A stretch of DNA of 64,000 nt from Prochlorococcus sp. AG-355-A09 (lineage in GTDB: Bacteria; Cyanobacteriota; Cyanobacteriia; PCC-6307; Cyanobiaceae), in the NCBI GenBank assembly GCA_003280995.1, contig QCDG01000007.1, forward strand, positions 25,026 to 89,025, given 5' to 3'. The notes beneath the pieces were generated by a model. The model did not search any database. It was not told where the DNA came from and saw only the letters and a list, made by a program, of their open reading frames with translations. Shown here piece by piece: positions 1 to 10,694 of the stretch; position 1 is the stretch's first letter, and every line of letters begins with the position of its first letter. A program made the translations under genes and the position numbers.

Positions 1-421
1 TGATTTCAGCTATAAATAAAGTCTGTCCCCTTTTTATAACAATATTTCCTCTCCTAAATTCTTTAATATTTTTTTTTAATTGATTTAACTCCTTTTCTTT
101 TTGAATAATTTTACCTTCAAGTTCCTTTTGTTCTTCCTGTAAAGGGATTAAAGCCTTTTTACTTTCATCTAGAGTTTTTTGTAAAAAAGGAATATCAACA
201 AAAAGTCTCTGTCTGAATTCTGCACTTACTAAAATCAATAACCCTATTGATATTGAACTAATAAACCCACCAGTAATAATAGTTATTATTGTTGCTGTTT
301 TTTTCGGTCTTAATTTTAAGATACTAAATCTTGCTTTACCAATCTTTGTTCCAAGAATATCCCCAAATGGTGCAATTAATCCCCCTAGTAATATTAAAAA
401 AACAATTAAAATCCAAGCCAC
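1..421 (-). CDS. DUF3084-type membrane-anchored coiled-coil protein (5' part; runs off window start)
   Basis: Manual translation from GTG at 421: VAWILIVFLILLGGLIAPFGDILGTKIGKARFS..., hydrophobic N-terminus typical of the gene downstream of cyanobacterial ntcA. Confidence 0.75.
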   Translation of the reverse strand, partial: MAWILIVFLILLGGLIAPFGDILGTKIGKARFSILKLRPKKTATIITIITGGFISSISIGLLILVSAEFRQRLFVDIPFLQKTLDESKKALIPLQEEQKELEGKIIQKEKELNQLKKNIKEFRRGNIVIKRGQTLFIAEI

Positions 422-460
422 ACTTTTGCATTTACTCAATACATCATAATTTATGATGAA

Positions 461-1195
461 TCAATTAAATCTTTTTGCAAGAGCAATTGGATCGAATACT
501 GTGATCTTTTTTCTTTCAATATTCAAAAGCCCTGAATCCTTTAAATCTCCCAATAATCTTGTAATAGTTACTCTTGTAGAACCAATAGCTTCAGCAATTG
601 CCTGATGTGAAAGTCTTAAATCTATAGTAATACCTTTTTCACTTGCGACTCCAAAGTCTCTACAAAGGACCATTAAAAAACTTACTAAACGAGAAGACAT
701 ATCTCTATGTGTAAGAGTTTCTATCATTGTTTCAGTTTGCAGGATCCTACTTGAAAGCCCTTGTAAAAGTAGCAGTCCAACTGATGCATCTTCCTCTATA
801 GCTCTTAAAACAGAATTAGCAGGTGCTGTTATCATTTCAACTCTTGTGAATGCTATGGCATGGTAAAAACGATCGGATCTATGGCCTGTTAGAAGAGATA
901 AAACACCAAAGAGACTATTCTCTCTTAAAAGAGCAACAGTTATTTCTTCGCCAGATTCATAAACTCTTGAAAGTCGTACTGCTCCTCTTCTAATAAGATA
1001 AACCCTTTCAGCAGGGTCTCCAGGGAAGAATATTGTTTTAGACCTCTCCACCATTTCTGTGCTTGCACCATCTAGACCTTTAATAACTTCCATTAAAGTT
1101 CTATTGATTGGAAAACGTTCTCCAACAGAGTTAATTTTACTTTGTCCAGAATGTTGCGAACTAAAGCGGTTGAATCCTCGTGAAGCAGGTATCAT
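461..1195 (-). CDS. ntcA: Global nitrogen regulator NtcA (CRP family)
   Basis: [25 protein letters not shown] and [25 protein letters not shown]. Confidence 0.98.
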   Translation of the reverse strand: MIPASRGFNRFSSQHSGQSKINSVGERFPINRTLMEVIKGLDGASTEMVERSKTIFFPGDPAERVYLIRRGAVRLSRVYESGEEITVALLRENSLFGVLSLLTGHRSDRFYHAIAFTRVEMITAPANSVLRAIEEDASVGLLLLQGLSSRILQTETMIETLTHRDMSSRLVSFLMVLCRDFGVASEKGITIDLRLSHQAIAEAIGSTRVTITRLLGDLKDSGLLNIERKKITVFDPIALAKRFN

Positions 1196-1215
1196 GAATA
1201 TCTTGACTATTAAAA

Positions 1216-1257
1216 AATTTAAGGAGACACCCTAAAACATCTTGTATCAACAGTAAC
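1216..1257 (-). promoter_or_regulatory. NtcA-activated promoter of ntcA (autoregulation)
   Basis: Minus strand GTT-ACTGTTGA-TAC (1257-1244), 22-nt spacer, -10 TAAATT (1221-1216): canonical NtcA class II geometry. Confidence 0.8.
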
Positions 1258-1329
1258 AATTTTCAATTCTTATATGTTTATTGATAAGCTTTTTTCAGTC
1301 AGTTTCAAATTTATTAACCCTTTTTTAAG

Positions 1330-1383
1330 TAAAATTACACTATATGCAGCGTCATTGGATTCTAATTATACTGCATATAGAAA
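1330..1383 (+). promoter_or_regulatory. Putative -10 box plus tandem NrdR-box-like operators of cobO-like/dcd/thyX
   Basis: TAAAAT 1330-1335; ACACTATATGCAGCGT 1337-1352 and ATACTGCATATAGAAA 1368-1383, 31 bp apart, resembling acaCwAtATaTwGtgt. Confidence 0.65.
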
Positions 1384-1394
1384 GATTCTAAATA

Positions 1395-1976
1395 ATGGTA
1401 ATTAGTTCATCTCATATTCATTCCAAAGGTAATCTTGATATTGTAAAAACAAATATTGCTAACAAAATTAACGTAAAAAAATTTTCAAATAACGGACAAA
1501 TTCAAATCTATCAATCTTCATATAGAGGTAGCTACACATCTATAATTAGAGACTCTCTAAGAAATGCTGCTCTTGGCAGGAAAGTACTCCTAATACAATT
1601 TATTAAAGGAGGGGTCAAGCAAGGAGTTGATCATGCAGTAAAGCTATGCGGTAATTTAACCTGGGTAAGATCCTCACATTCCTTTGATCAATATAATCCT
1701 GAAGCAATTGAAAATAATAAAGATTTAAAAAAAACTATTTATGAATCTACTATGGAATTATGGGATTTTTGTAAAAGAGAACTACAGTCAGGAGAGAACG
1801 ACCAAATCATACTCGATGAAATTTTTTTAGCTATTAACATGAAAATTATAGATAAAGATGATTTGATTTCAACACTTGAAAACCGATTTATATCAGGAGA
1901 TGTAATCCTTACTGGTACAGATATTCCTAAAGATCTATTATTAATGGCCAATCAAATTACCGAACTTCGCTCATAA
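1395..1976 (+). CDS. cobO: CobA/CobO/BtuR-like cob(I)alamin adenosyltransferase family protein with degenerate P-loop
   Basis: LIQFIKGG, IILDEI and ILTG motifs present; GNGKGKT loop replaced by QSSYRGSY. Confidence 0.7.
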   Translation: MVISSSHIHSKGNLDIVKTNIANKINVKKFSNNGQIQIYQSSYRGSYTSIIRDSLRNAALGRKVLLIQFIKGGVKQGVDHAVKLCGNLTWVRSSHSFDQYNPEAIENNKDLKKTIYESTMELWDFCKRELQSGENDQIILDEIFLAINMKIIDKDDLISTLENRFISGDVILTGTDIPKDLLLMANQITELRS

Positions 1977-1980
1977 AACA

Positions 1981-2574
1981 ATGCTAAAAAATGATCTCTG
2001 GATAAATCAAAAAGCCTCGGAAGGGATGATAAAGCCTTTTCAATCAAATTTAGTGAGGCACCTTGAGCCTGACAATAAACAAAAGCCAGTTTTGAGTTAC
2101 GGATGTTCCTCTTATGGCTATGATTTAAGACTTTCATCAAAAGAATTCCTAATTTTCAGACATATTCCTGGTACAGTAATGAATCCTAAAAAGTTTAATC
2201 CTAATAATTTAGAAAAAACTGTTCTTCACCACGATGATGATGGAGATTTTTTTATTCTTCCCGCTCACTCCTATGGTTTAGGAGTCGCTTTAGAAAAGAT
2301 GAAAGTACCAGAGAATATAACTGTAATCTGCATAGGCAAAAGTACTTATGCACGGCTAGGAATTATTGTTAATACAACGCCTGCAGAGGCTGGATGGGAA
2401 GGTCATCTAACTTTAGAGTTTAGTAATAGTTCAGGTGCAGATTGCAGAATTTATGCTGAAGAGGGTATTTGCCAACTACTCTTTTTTGAAGGTGATCCAT
2501 GCTCTACAACCTATGAAGATAGAAGAGGTAAATATCAAAATCAACCTGAGAAAGTTACTTTAGCAAAAATCTAA
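1981..2574 (+). CDS. dcd: dCTP deaminase
   Basis: SYGCSSYGYDLRL, GKSTYARLG, TPAEAGWEGHLTLE, GKYQNQ. Confidence 0.96.
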   Translation: MLKNDLWINQKASEGMIKPFQSNLVRHLEPDNKQKPVLSYGCSSYGYDLRLSSKEFLIFRHIPGTVMNPKKFNPNNLEKTVLHHDDDGDFFILPAHSYGLGVALEKMKVPENITVICIGKSTYARLGIIVNTTPAEAGWEGHLTLEFSNSSGADCRIYAEEGICQLLFFEGDPCSTTYEDRRGKYQNQPEKVTLAKI

Positions 2575-2575
2575 A

Positions 2576-3208
2576 ATGAGTAAAGTTGAATTAATCTCGC
2601 TGACTCCTGATGCAGAAAAAACAATGGCTTACATTGCAAGAGTAAGTAACCCAAAAAACCAGGAAAATGAGGATTATTCAAAATTATTAAGTTATTGCAT
2701 AAAAAATGAACATTGGAGTGTTTTTGAACAGTCATTTATGACCTTACAAATAGAAACTAATAGAGGAATCGCTGCCCAAATTTTAAGACATAGATCATTT
2801 ACTTTTCAGGAATTTTCACAGAGATATGCAGATAGTTCTCAATTGGGTAATATCCCCTTGCCAGAGTTGAGGCGTCAAGATTTTAAAAATAGACAAAATT
2901 CAATCCCTGACCTTCCAGATGAGTTAAAAAAAAGATTTAATGAAAAAATTGGTTTACATTTTCAGGCTGCTTCAGAATTATATGAAGATTTACTTGCTGA
3001 AGGGGTAGCTAAAGAATGTGCGAGATTTGTTTTACCATTAGCAACTCCAACAAGAATCTACATGTCTGGATCATGCAGATCGTGGATCCATTACATTCAT
3101 TTAAGATCAGCTCACGGTACCCAACAAGAACACAAATCTATCGCCCAAAATTGCAAGTCTATTTTTAAAAAAAGTTTTCCGATTGTTTCAAAATCCCTAG
3201 AATGGTAA
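2576..3208 (+). CDS. thyX: FAD-dependent thymidylate synthase
   Basis: ThyX motif RHRSFTFQEFSQRY; HWSVFE; ECARFVLP. Confidence 0.97.
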   Translation: MSKVELISLTPDAEKTMAYIARVSNPKNQENEDYSKLLSYCIKNEHWSVFEQSFMTLQIETNRGIAAQILRHRSFTFQEFSQRYADSSQLGNIPLPELRRQDFKNRQNSIPDLPDELKKRFNEKIGLHFQAASELYEDLLAEGVAKECARFVLPLATPTRIYMSGSCRSWIHYIHLRSAHGTQQEHKSIAQNCKSIFKKSFPIVSKSLEW

Positions 3209-3211
3209 AAG

Positions 3212-3757
3212 TTATCGATGACTACGAGGACTAACCTCATTATTTTTATTTTCTTGAATTGTTGAAAATTCAACATTAATAATTTTCTGATGAGATTTCT
3301 CTTCTTTTTCTAAATTATTTATAGATTCTCTTATTTTTATTTCATCCTGTTTACCAATAAAAGTAGATACTACATTGCCCTTTTTATCAAAAAGATTAAC
3401 TTGAGGAATCCCGTTGACGGAAAACTTCTGAATATAATTACCCCATTTTTGATTATCAACATTTAAAAAAACAAAATTAATATCTTTTTCATATTCATCT
3501 TTTAAATTAGAAACTTGTGGAGCCATTTCTTTGCAAACTTCACACCACTCAGCATAAAATTCCAGAAATGTTGGTTTATTATTTGTAAAAGCTATTTCAG
3601 GGTCAACAGATAATTCTCCAAAACTCTTTAGAAGATAAGTTGATTTAAAAAAGAAATTTCTAAACAAAAGCAGCGAAATCATAACAATAGATATAATCAA
3701 AATAAGAATTGTTATTGAATTTGTTTTTAAAATTTGCTCTCGACTCTCTGATTGCAC
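3212..3757 (-). CDS. txlA: Membrane-anchored thioredoxin-like protein (TxlA/HCF164 type)
   Basis: EFYAEWCEVC active site after an N-terminal TM helix; C-terminal PRSH. Confidence 0.85.
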   Translation of the reverse strand: MQSESREQILKTNSITILILIISIVMISLLLFRNFFFKSTYLLKSFGELSVDPEIAFTNNKPTFLEFYAEWCEVCKEMAPQVSNLKDEYEKDINFVFLNVDNQKWGNYIQKFSVNGIPQVNLFDKKGNVVSTFIGKQDEIKIRESINNLEKEEKSHQKIINVEFSTIQENKNNEVSPRSHR

Positions 3758-3893
3758 TATAAGGAAATTACTAACTTAAAATATCTTAAATAAGTTAAAC
3801 AAATAAAGAGAATTAAAATCTATAAGCTTTTAATCAACTGATAAAATAAAAACTAAATATTATCAAAATTTCTTTGATTCCTGAAATCTAATT

Positions 3894-5246
3894 ATGCAAT
3901 CAATCTTTGGAACTGATGGAATAAGAGGGCGATTTAATGAAGAGATAACTTATTCACTAGCCTACAAAGTGGGATATGCTCTAGGTGCAACTTTAAAAAA
4001 GAAAAGTCCAATAATAATTGGAAGAGATACAAGAATTAGTGGAGATACTCTGCTTCAAGCCATAACACAAGGTATAAATGCAAGTGGTCAAAAATTTATA
4101 AATCTGGGAATCTGCCCTACTCCAGCTATACCTTTATTAATCAAACAAGAGAACCTGGGCAGTGGAATCATGATATCTGCGAGTCATAATCCGCCAGAAT
4201 ACAATGGCATAAAAATTTTTGATCATAATGGTCAAAAAATTACCAAAAATTTTGAAAATAAAATCCAAAAATTAATTGAAGAGTCGAATCAAAATATATC
4301 AGTTCCTAAACAAGTGATTCCACTAGATACAAATAAAGATCTCATCGATATTTATATTAAAAGCCTTATCCAAACAATGGGTGGAGAAAATCTAAGTGGG
4401 TTAAAAATAATTTTAGACACATGCTATGGATCAGCGACAACCTGCGCAAAAAAAATTTTTCAGGCTCTTGGTGCTGAAGTAAGAGTTATCAATAACTCTA
4501 ATAATGGTTTGAAAATTAATATGAATTGTGGTTCTACTAACCTCGAACCATTAAAAAAAGCATTAAGAGAGAATCCTGCAGATATGGGTTTTAGCTTTGA
4601 TGGAGATGCCGATAGAGTAATTGGAATGGACTCCAAAGGTAATGTGTTAGATGGAGATCACATTCTTTTTCTTTGGGGCAGAGAGCTAATGGAACAAAAA
4701 ATGCTGGCAAATAATTTATTAATATCAACGCAAATGGCAAACTTAGGTTTTGAAAGTGCTTGGAAGAAAATTGGAGGAATTTTACATAGAACTAAAGTAG
4801 GAGATAAATATGTACATGACGCAATTAAGGAAAAAATAGCTGATTTAGGAGGGGAGCAGTCAGGTCATATACTTTCAAAAATTAATAACTTTTCCGGAGA
4901 TGGGATATTGACTGCACTTCAAATTTCTAAATATTGTAAAGTGAAAAATATTAATTTAAATGACTGGCTTAAAAGTAGTTTCGAACCTCTTCCTCAAAAA
5001 CTAACCAATATCAAATTAGATTTTAATATTAAAAAATTAAATCCAAAAACCAAAATCTTAATCGATCAAACTATAGAAAATTTTCAGGCATTATATTCGG
5101 ATAATTGTAGAGTTTATATAAGGCCTAGCGGTACAGAACCTGTAATAAGAATTCTAGTTGAGGCCCAAAATAATAAGGAAGTTAATTCTTTATCAAGCGA
5201 AATAACAAAAAAACTCTTTTTAGAAATTGATAAAATAATTAACTAA
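3894..5246 (+). CDS. glmM: Phosphoglucosamine mutase
   Basis: [36 protein letters not shown]. Confidence 0.95.
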   Translation: MQSIFGTDGIRGRFNEEITYSLAYKVGYALGATLKKKSPIIIGRDTRISGDTLLQAITQGINASGQKFINLGICPTPAIPLLIKQENLGSGIMISASHNPPEYNGIKIFDHNGQKITKNFENKIQKLIEESNQNISVPKQVIPLDTNKDLIDIYIKSLIQTMGGENLSGLKIILDTCYGSATTCAKKIFQALGAEVRVINNSNNGLKINMNCGSTNLEPLKKALRENPADMGFSFDGDADRVIGMDSKGNVLDGDHILFLWGRELMEQKMLANNLLISTQMANLGFESAWKKIGGILHRTKVGDKYVHDAIKEKIADLGGEQSGHILSKINNFSGDGILTALQISKYCKVKNINLNDWLKSSFEPLPQKLTNIKLDFNIKKLNPKTKILIDQTIENFQALYSDNCRVYIRPSGTEPVIRILVEAQNNKEVNSLSSEITKKLFLEIDKIIN

Positions 5247-5253
5247 CAATTAA

Positions 5254-5883
5254 TCAATTTTTTATATAAATTTTTTCATAAATATCAAGTTGGTTAACAA
5301 TTGCATACTTTTCCCTATCAGTTTTAACTTTAATAGGATTAAAACTTTCGGAACAATTAAAATCTTTTTTATCTATTGTTTTAAAATGAAAATTACTTGA
5401 TATAGTGCAATCCATATAATCGAACAAATCCTTTACATCTGTTTTTATAAAAATAAGGGTGTCTTTTTGCAATGAATTTGAGAGCATATTAATAAATCCT
5501 GGCTGAATTACACGCCTTTTATAATGTCTCTTTTTAAACCAAGGATCAGGGAAATTAAAAGAAATACTTTTTAGATTTTTGATAATAAATTTATTTTGGA
5601 CATCATTCAAAATATTGTTTGCATTACCAAATATAAAATATAGATTTTTGATTTCTCTTTCGATAGCTTTTAATTTGGCATTTTTGACTAATTTCTCACG
5701 AATTTCAATTCCTAAATAATTCCACCTGGTATTAACTAAAGCTAAATCAAATAGAAACTCACCAGCAGCACAACCTATATCCAAATGAAGATTCGATTTA
5801 GAATTTCCATACATGTCGCTCAAAGAAGGAATTCTCTCAATCTGATTAAAATTTTTACTAAGCGGATTAACATGCTGTCTCAT
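5254..5883 (-). CDS. trmB: tRNA (guanine-N7)-methyltransferase
   Basis: [24 protein letters not shown]. Confidence 0.95.
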   Translation of the reverse strand: MRQHVNPLSKNFNQIERIPSLSDMYGNSKSNLHLDIGCAAGEFLFDLALVNTRWNYLGIEIREKLVKNAKLKAIEREIKNLYFIFGNANNILNDVQNKFIIKNLKSISFNFPDPWFKKRHYKRRVIQPGFINMLSNSLQKDTLIFIKTDVKDLFDYMDCTISSNFHFKTIDKKDFNCSESFNPIKVKTDREKYAIVNQLDIYEKIYIKN

Positions 5884-6004
5884 TCAATTATTAATATATA
5901 TTAGGCAATAATATAAGGATGCATAATATTCATAACTATGACAATAGTAAGTCCAAAAGTAACAGTTTGATGTTTAATTATTATGTACTTAAAAAGAAAA
6001 AGTT

Positions 6005-6628
6005 TTGAACGTTATTAATCAACTTTCTATTTGGCTGTCCTTTCAACTTTCAATAATTTTCCTTATTGGTATTCCCGTTACTCTATCCTTGTGGTCAATT
6101 AAAAAAAGAAATAAAGCAGTTAATAAACTTCTTTCAATTTATTGGAAAATGTCCATTTTATTTTTTATAAGCCTTCTTCTTTTAATAGGTAAATATAATT
6201 ATGCTCTCGTGATAACAAATATATCAACAATACTAATGACAGTTTCAGTTTGGTTTTGGAACGATATTAATGATGAGTTAAGAGAATATGATTTTTCTTA
6301 CTCTCTCACCACAACGACAAAAATTTGGAGATGGACGATAACTTTTATATCTCTCAATTTCTTTATTCAGAGTTTACAAAACTTTAACTGCTTTTCTTTT
6401 ATTAATTCGGATGCGTGTGCAATATGGCTTCAACCTTCTTCAAATTTATATCTAATTTTAAAAAATTTATTTAATTTTTTCTTTGGAGCTAACTTTACTC
6501 AGCCGATAGCAAAATTCTTAGGATTATTTTCATTATTAATCTATATTTTAGGCCTCATTCAATGGTCAATAATCAAATTACCTAAAAATGGAAGAAACTC
6601 TTACTTCTCAGAAAATGGCAAAAATTGA
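6005..6628 (+). CDS. DUF3177-type cyanobacterial membrane protein
   Basis: Several TM helices with YWK, WFW and WRW motifs; next to trmB and ileS. Confidence 0.7.
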   Translation: MNVINQLSIWLSFQLSIIFLIGIPVTLSLWSIKKRNKAVNKLLSIYWKMSILFFISLLLLIGKYNYALVITNISTILMTVSVWFWNDINDELREYDFSYSLTTTTKIWRWTITFISLNFFIQSLQNFNCFSFINSDACAIWLQPSSNLYLILKNLFNFFFGANFTQPIAKFLGLFSLLIYILGLIQWSIIKLPKNGRNSYFSENGKN

Positions 6629-6911
6629 TTTAATAAATTGTCTTGAAAAAATCAGTTCCGAGATACCTGATAGGATACTCAAACTAGAGGGTTTCATTCA
6701 AAAAGAACAATTAGAAATAATTATTTTCAGAGGTTTCAGTAGCTCAACAACTCATCCAATTGAAATAGATTCAGAAAAAAAAGTAATAGCACTTAATTAT
6801 GAAATTAAGAATTTTAAACTTTATAAAGCACCGTTAACAGAGACCGGAGAAAATTTTATAAGAGAAAATGAAAACTCAGTTTTCTTTTTGAATCAAAAAA
6901 ACTGGATTTAA
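6615..6911 (+). CDS. Conserved cyanobacterial hypothetical protein
   Basis: [14 protein letters not shown] motif; ATG 6615 preferred over 6588 because it overlaps the upstream gene less. Confidence 0.65.
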   Translation: MAKIDLINCLEKISSEIPDRILKLEGFIQKEQLEIIIFRGFSSSTTHPIEIDSEKKVIALNYEIKNFKLYKAPLTETGENFIRENENSVFFLNQKNWI

Positions 6912-9814
6912 ATAAATTCAGAATTAATAATATTTGAACATCTTTTGCATAATTTTGTATTTTGAATTCCAATAAAAGTTTCTTTTTGATAATGCCAACA
7001 TCTATCACATTTTTGACCTTGAGCTTTTAATATTTGTATTTTTCCGAGTGCATTGTTATCAATAATTAGAGAATTTTCCACTAAATCAGATACCACTTGG
7101 AAGTTTGATACTATAAGCCAATCCCTAAATAAATCTACATCTTGATTGCCATATTCTTTTAGCCAAGTAAGTGAATCTTTTAAAACTTTATTTTCAGGTA
7201 AATAATTAACTTCAGTTTCCAAAGCTGCTCCAATTATTTGTTTGTTTCTACATCCTTCTATAGCCTTGTTAATTTCAACTCTCAAATTTCTTAAATTTGC
7301 AATGTGTTCATTAAGTATTTGATTTTTCCATGACTGCGAAAATATTGGCCATCCTCTTTGAAAGACTGATTTTTCTTTAGTTGAATATGGTATATTATGC
7401 CAAATATCTTCAGCCATATGACAAAGCACTGGAGAAATAAGTACCGCTAAATTCTCAACAACTTTTGACATGACGAACTGACATGATCTTCTCCTAAATT
7501 GTGATTTAGAACTTACATACAGCCTATCCTTCGCAATATCCAAATAAAAATTTGATAGATCTACAACGCAAAAACTTTGCAAGATTTGGAAAAATTTTGA
7601 AAATTCATAATTTTCATAAGCATTTGATATTTCATCTGTAACCTCAACTAGTCTTCCTAACATCCATTGATCTAAGAGAGGCAATTGATCAATTTCAAAA
7701 CTATCAACATTAGGATCATAATCATGAATATTACCTAGAAGATATCTTGCAGTATTACGAACTTTTCTGTAAACGTCTGAAAGTTGCTTGAGTATATTTG
7801 AACCAATTGGAACATCAACTGAATAATCTACAGAGCTTACCCATAGCCTTAAAACATCAGCACCATAAGCAGGGTCAGTTTTTTTATTATTACCTCCATT
7901 AATAATTATATTTGGGTCAACAACATTTCCTAAAGATTTACTCATTTTTCTTCCATTTTCATCAAGTGCAAAACCATGAGTTAAAACTTTCTTATAGGGA
8001 GGTTTATTATTGACTGCAACAGATGTTAGCAAAGAAGACTGAAACCATCCTCGATGTTGATCTGAGCCCTCTAAATAAAGATCTGCTGGATACTTTAATT
8101 CACTTCTCAGTTCACATACCGCGGCCCAGCTAGATCCCGAATCGAACCAAACATCCATTGTATCTGTACCTTTTTTCCATTGATCCGATTCTTTTGCATA
8201 ACTTTCAGGCAAAAGATTCTTAACATCCCAATCCCACCAAATATCTGCTCCATGTTCACTAAAAAGTTCTTGAATATGATTAATTATCTCGTTGTTAAGT
8301 AGGATATCATTACCATTTTTTTTATAAAAAACTGGAATAGGTAAACCCCATGACCTCTGTCTAGAAATACACCAATCTCCTCTACCAACAACCATAGAAT
8401 AAATTCTTTTCTTTCCAGTCTCTGGCATCCATTCAACATCTTCGATTGCCTTTAAAGCAGATGATCTAAAGCCATTTACAGATGCAAACCATTGTTCTGT
8501 TGCCCTAAAAATAGTTGGTTTTTTGGTTCTCCAATCATAAGGATATCTATGTTTATAATTTTCTTGTAATAGAAGCAAATTATTTCGTTTTAAATATTCA
8601 ATAATTAAATCATTGGCATCTTTCAGGACATTGGATCCTTGAAATTGTCCAGAAGATTCATTTAAGTTCCCTTTTTCATCAACAACACATGTAATAGGTA
8701 AATTATATTTTTGCCCTACATTAAAGTCATCTATCCCATGACCGGGTGCAGTATGAACAATTCCAGTACCTGATTCTGTCGTAATGTAATCCCCCCCAAT
8801 CAAGATTCTGCAATTTTTGTCCTTAGTAGGATGTTGATATTCAATATTTTCCAATTCAGAGCCTCTAACCTCTAAAAGCAGCTTGAAATCTTTATTAAAT
8901 TTCTTACTTATTTCAGAAGATAAATCCTTTGCAAAAAGGTAAATTCTTTTCTCTTCATCGATAGCAAAAACGTACTTTATTTTTGGATTTACTGCAACTG
9001 CTTCATTTGCAGGAATGGTCCAAGGAGTTGTGGTCCAAATAGTTATGAAAAAATTATTTTGAAAAAAATCTTTTTTGATATTAAGATTTTCTTGGTTAAA
9101 ATTTAATAGAATTTGCTTAGATATATTCGTAATTTTTAATGAAACATAAATACTTTTTGAATAATGTTCATCCGGATATTCTAATTCTGCTTCTGCAAGT
9201 GCAGTCCTCGAACTTGGACTCCAATGAACAGGTTTAAGACCTCGATATATATAACCATTTAAAAACATTTTCCCAAATACTCCAATCTGAGCAGATTCAT
9301 AACTTTTCTTAAGAGTTAAGTAAGGGTTATCCCAATTTCCCCATATGCCCCACCTTTTGAAACCTTCCTTTTGATTATTAATTTGGATATGGGCATAATC
9401 TGTTGCTTTTTTTCTTAAATTTAGAGTGTCAAGATTCTTTCTTTCATCAGATTTTAAATTCTGAAGAACTTTTAATTCAATAGGTAATCCATGACAGTCC
9501 CAACCAGGTACGAAATGAACCCTAAATCCTCTTAAGGTTTTGTACTTATTAATTATGTCTTTTAAAACTTTATTAAGGGCATGACCCATGTGAAGAGCTC
9601 CATTTGCATAAGGAGGGCCATCATGTAATGTAAATATTTCGCCTGAATTGTTTGAACCTAATTGGAAGTCAATATCATTATTAGCCCAAAAATCCTGTAT
9701 CTCAGGTTCTCTTACAACTGAATTGGCGCGCATTGAGAAGTCAGTTTTTAATAAATTTAAAGTTTCTTTATAAGAAAAGTCTGATTTTTGTTCTTTGCTA
9801 TTTTGAGATTTCAT
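6908..9814 (-). CDS. ileS: Isoleucine--tRNA ligase (type 1)
   Basis: [21 protein letters not shown]-terminal CDRC/CKRC zinc finger. Confidence 0.98.
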   Translation of the reverse strand: MKSQNSKEQKSDFSYKETLNLLKTDFSMRANSVVREPEIQDFWANNDIDFQLGSNNSGEIFTLHDGPPYANGALHMGHALNKVLKDIINKYKTLRGFRVHFVPGWDCHGLPIELKVLQNLKSDERKNLDTLNLRKKATDYAHIQINNQKEGFKRWGIWGNWDNPYLTLKKSYESAQIGVFGKMFLNGYIYRGLKPVHWSPSSRTALAEAELEYPDEHYSKSIYVSLKITNISKQILLNFNQENLNIKKDFFQNNFFITIWTTTPWTIPANEAVAVNPKIKYVFAIDEEKRIYLFAKDLSSEISKKFNKDFKLLLEVRGSELENIEYQHPTKDKNCRILIGGDYITTESGTGIVHTAPGHGIDDFNVGQKYNLPITCVVDEKGNLNESSGQFQGSNVLKDANDLIIEYLKRNNLLLLQENYKHRYPYDWRTKKPTIFRATEQWFASVNGFRSSALKAIEDVEWMPETGKKRIYSMVVGRGDWCISRQRSWGLPIPVFYKKNGNDILLNNEIINHIQELFSEHGADIWWDWDVKNLLPESYAKESDQWKKGTDTMDVWFDSGSSWAAVCELRSELKYPADLYLEGSDQHRGWFQSSLLTSVAVNNKPPYKKVLTHGFALDENGRKMSKSLGNVVDPNIIINGGNNKKTDPAYGADVLRLWVSSVDYSVDVPIGSNILKQLSDVYRKVRNTARYLLGNIHDYDPNVDSFEIDQLPLLDQWMLGRLVEVTDEISNAYENYEFSKFFQILQSFCVVDLSNFYLDIAKDRLYVSSKSQFRRRSCQFVMSKVVENLAVLISPVLCHMAEDIWHNIPYSTKEKSVFQRGWPIFSQSWKNQILNEHIANLRNLRVEINKAIEGCRNKQIIGAALETEVNYLPENKVLKDSLTWLKEYGNQDVDLFRDWLIVSNFQVVSDLVENSLIIDNNALGKIQILKAQGQKCDRCWHYQKETFIGIQNTKLCKRCSNIINSEFI

Positions 9815-9934
9815 TCGACGATATAAGAAATATTGGTGATCAAAAGAATTATTTAAATAAATCTAATTCATTATATTCTTTCTTAATTGACCTGTAGTTT
9901 TTTTGGGATGTTTCAAATAACCAATTTTTTTATT

Positions 9935-10384
9935 TCAGACTTTTATATTATCATTTTTATCATTTCTTACCCACTTTTTTTGGGTTGTATTTTTATTATT
10001 GCTACCAAAATTAAAAAAATTTGAAGGTTTAGTGAAATCAGAAAATACCAGATTTATGGATTCTAATATTTTCAAAAAGTTATTTTTAAACTCCAAAAAG
10101 GTAATTAATTTTTTCTTTTCGTTATCTGTCAATTGGTACCACCTAGATAAAAAAAGCTCTACTAGATAAAAAACAACTAGTAATGTTAAAAAAAGGAAAA
10201 TTACAAAAAATGATTCATCTAGTGTTTTATGTTTAATTATTAATATCAAACCTATTAATAAATTTAAAAAAGCTTTTATTAAGTCTTTTGGTTTACCGAG
10301 CTCAAGATAAATTATCGGTACAGTTAGAAAAATAGTCCCAACCAAAATATAAAAAGTACCCAAATAAAATATCAAACTATTCAT
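9935..10384 (-). CDS. Ycf66-like membrane protein
   Basis: Three N-terminal TM segments, RWYQLT motif, C-terminal KKWVR. Confidence 0.6.
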   Translation of the reverse strand: MNSLIFYLGTFYILVGTIFLTVPIIYLELGKPKDLIKAFLNLLIGLILIIKHKTLDESFFVIFLFLTLLVVFYLVELFLSRWYQLTDNEKKKLITFLEFKNNFLKILESINLVFSDFTKPSNFFNFGSNNKNTTQKKWVRNDKNDNIKV

Positions 10385-10455
10385 TAAATTAACTGCTTAA
10401 TTAAATTATAAGAGTTGATATCAAGAAACAAACTATCTATCAGAATTTCCTTAAG

Positions 10456-10537
10456 TGCGGTCGGGGAGACTTGAACTCCCACACCCGAAGATACGAGTAC
10501 CTAAAACTCGCGCGTCTACCAATTCCGCCACGACCGC
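10456..10537 (-). tRNA. trnL: tRNA-Leu(UAG)
   Basis: GCGGTCG/CGACCGC acceptor stem, anticodon arm CGAGT-TTTAGGT-ACTCG, long variable arm, GTTCAAGTC T-loop; CCA not encoded. Confidence 0.97.
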
Positions 10538-10694
10538 TCAAATAAAATAATAATTGAAAGAGGTTTATTTTAAAAATTTTTTTTCTTAAGATGATTAATT
10601 TGACACATTAAAATTGAATTAAAAATCTCCTAAAAGAAATTTTATATGTTTAATCATGCAATCCTAGTAAAATATTGGTTATATTATTTGAAGA

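Noticed and set aside
10385..10620. tRNA-Leu as an island integration site
   Set aside because: No integrase, no duplicated tRNA 3' end seen, and core genes on both sides.
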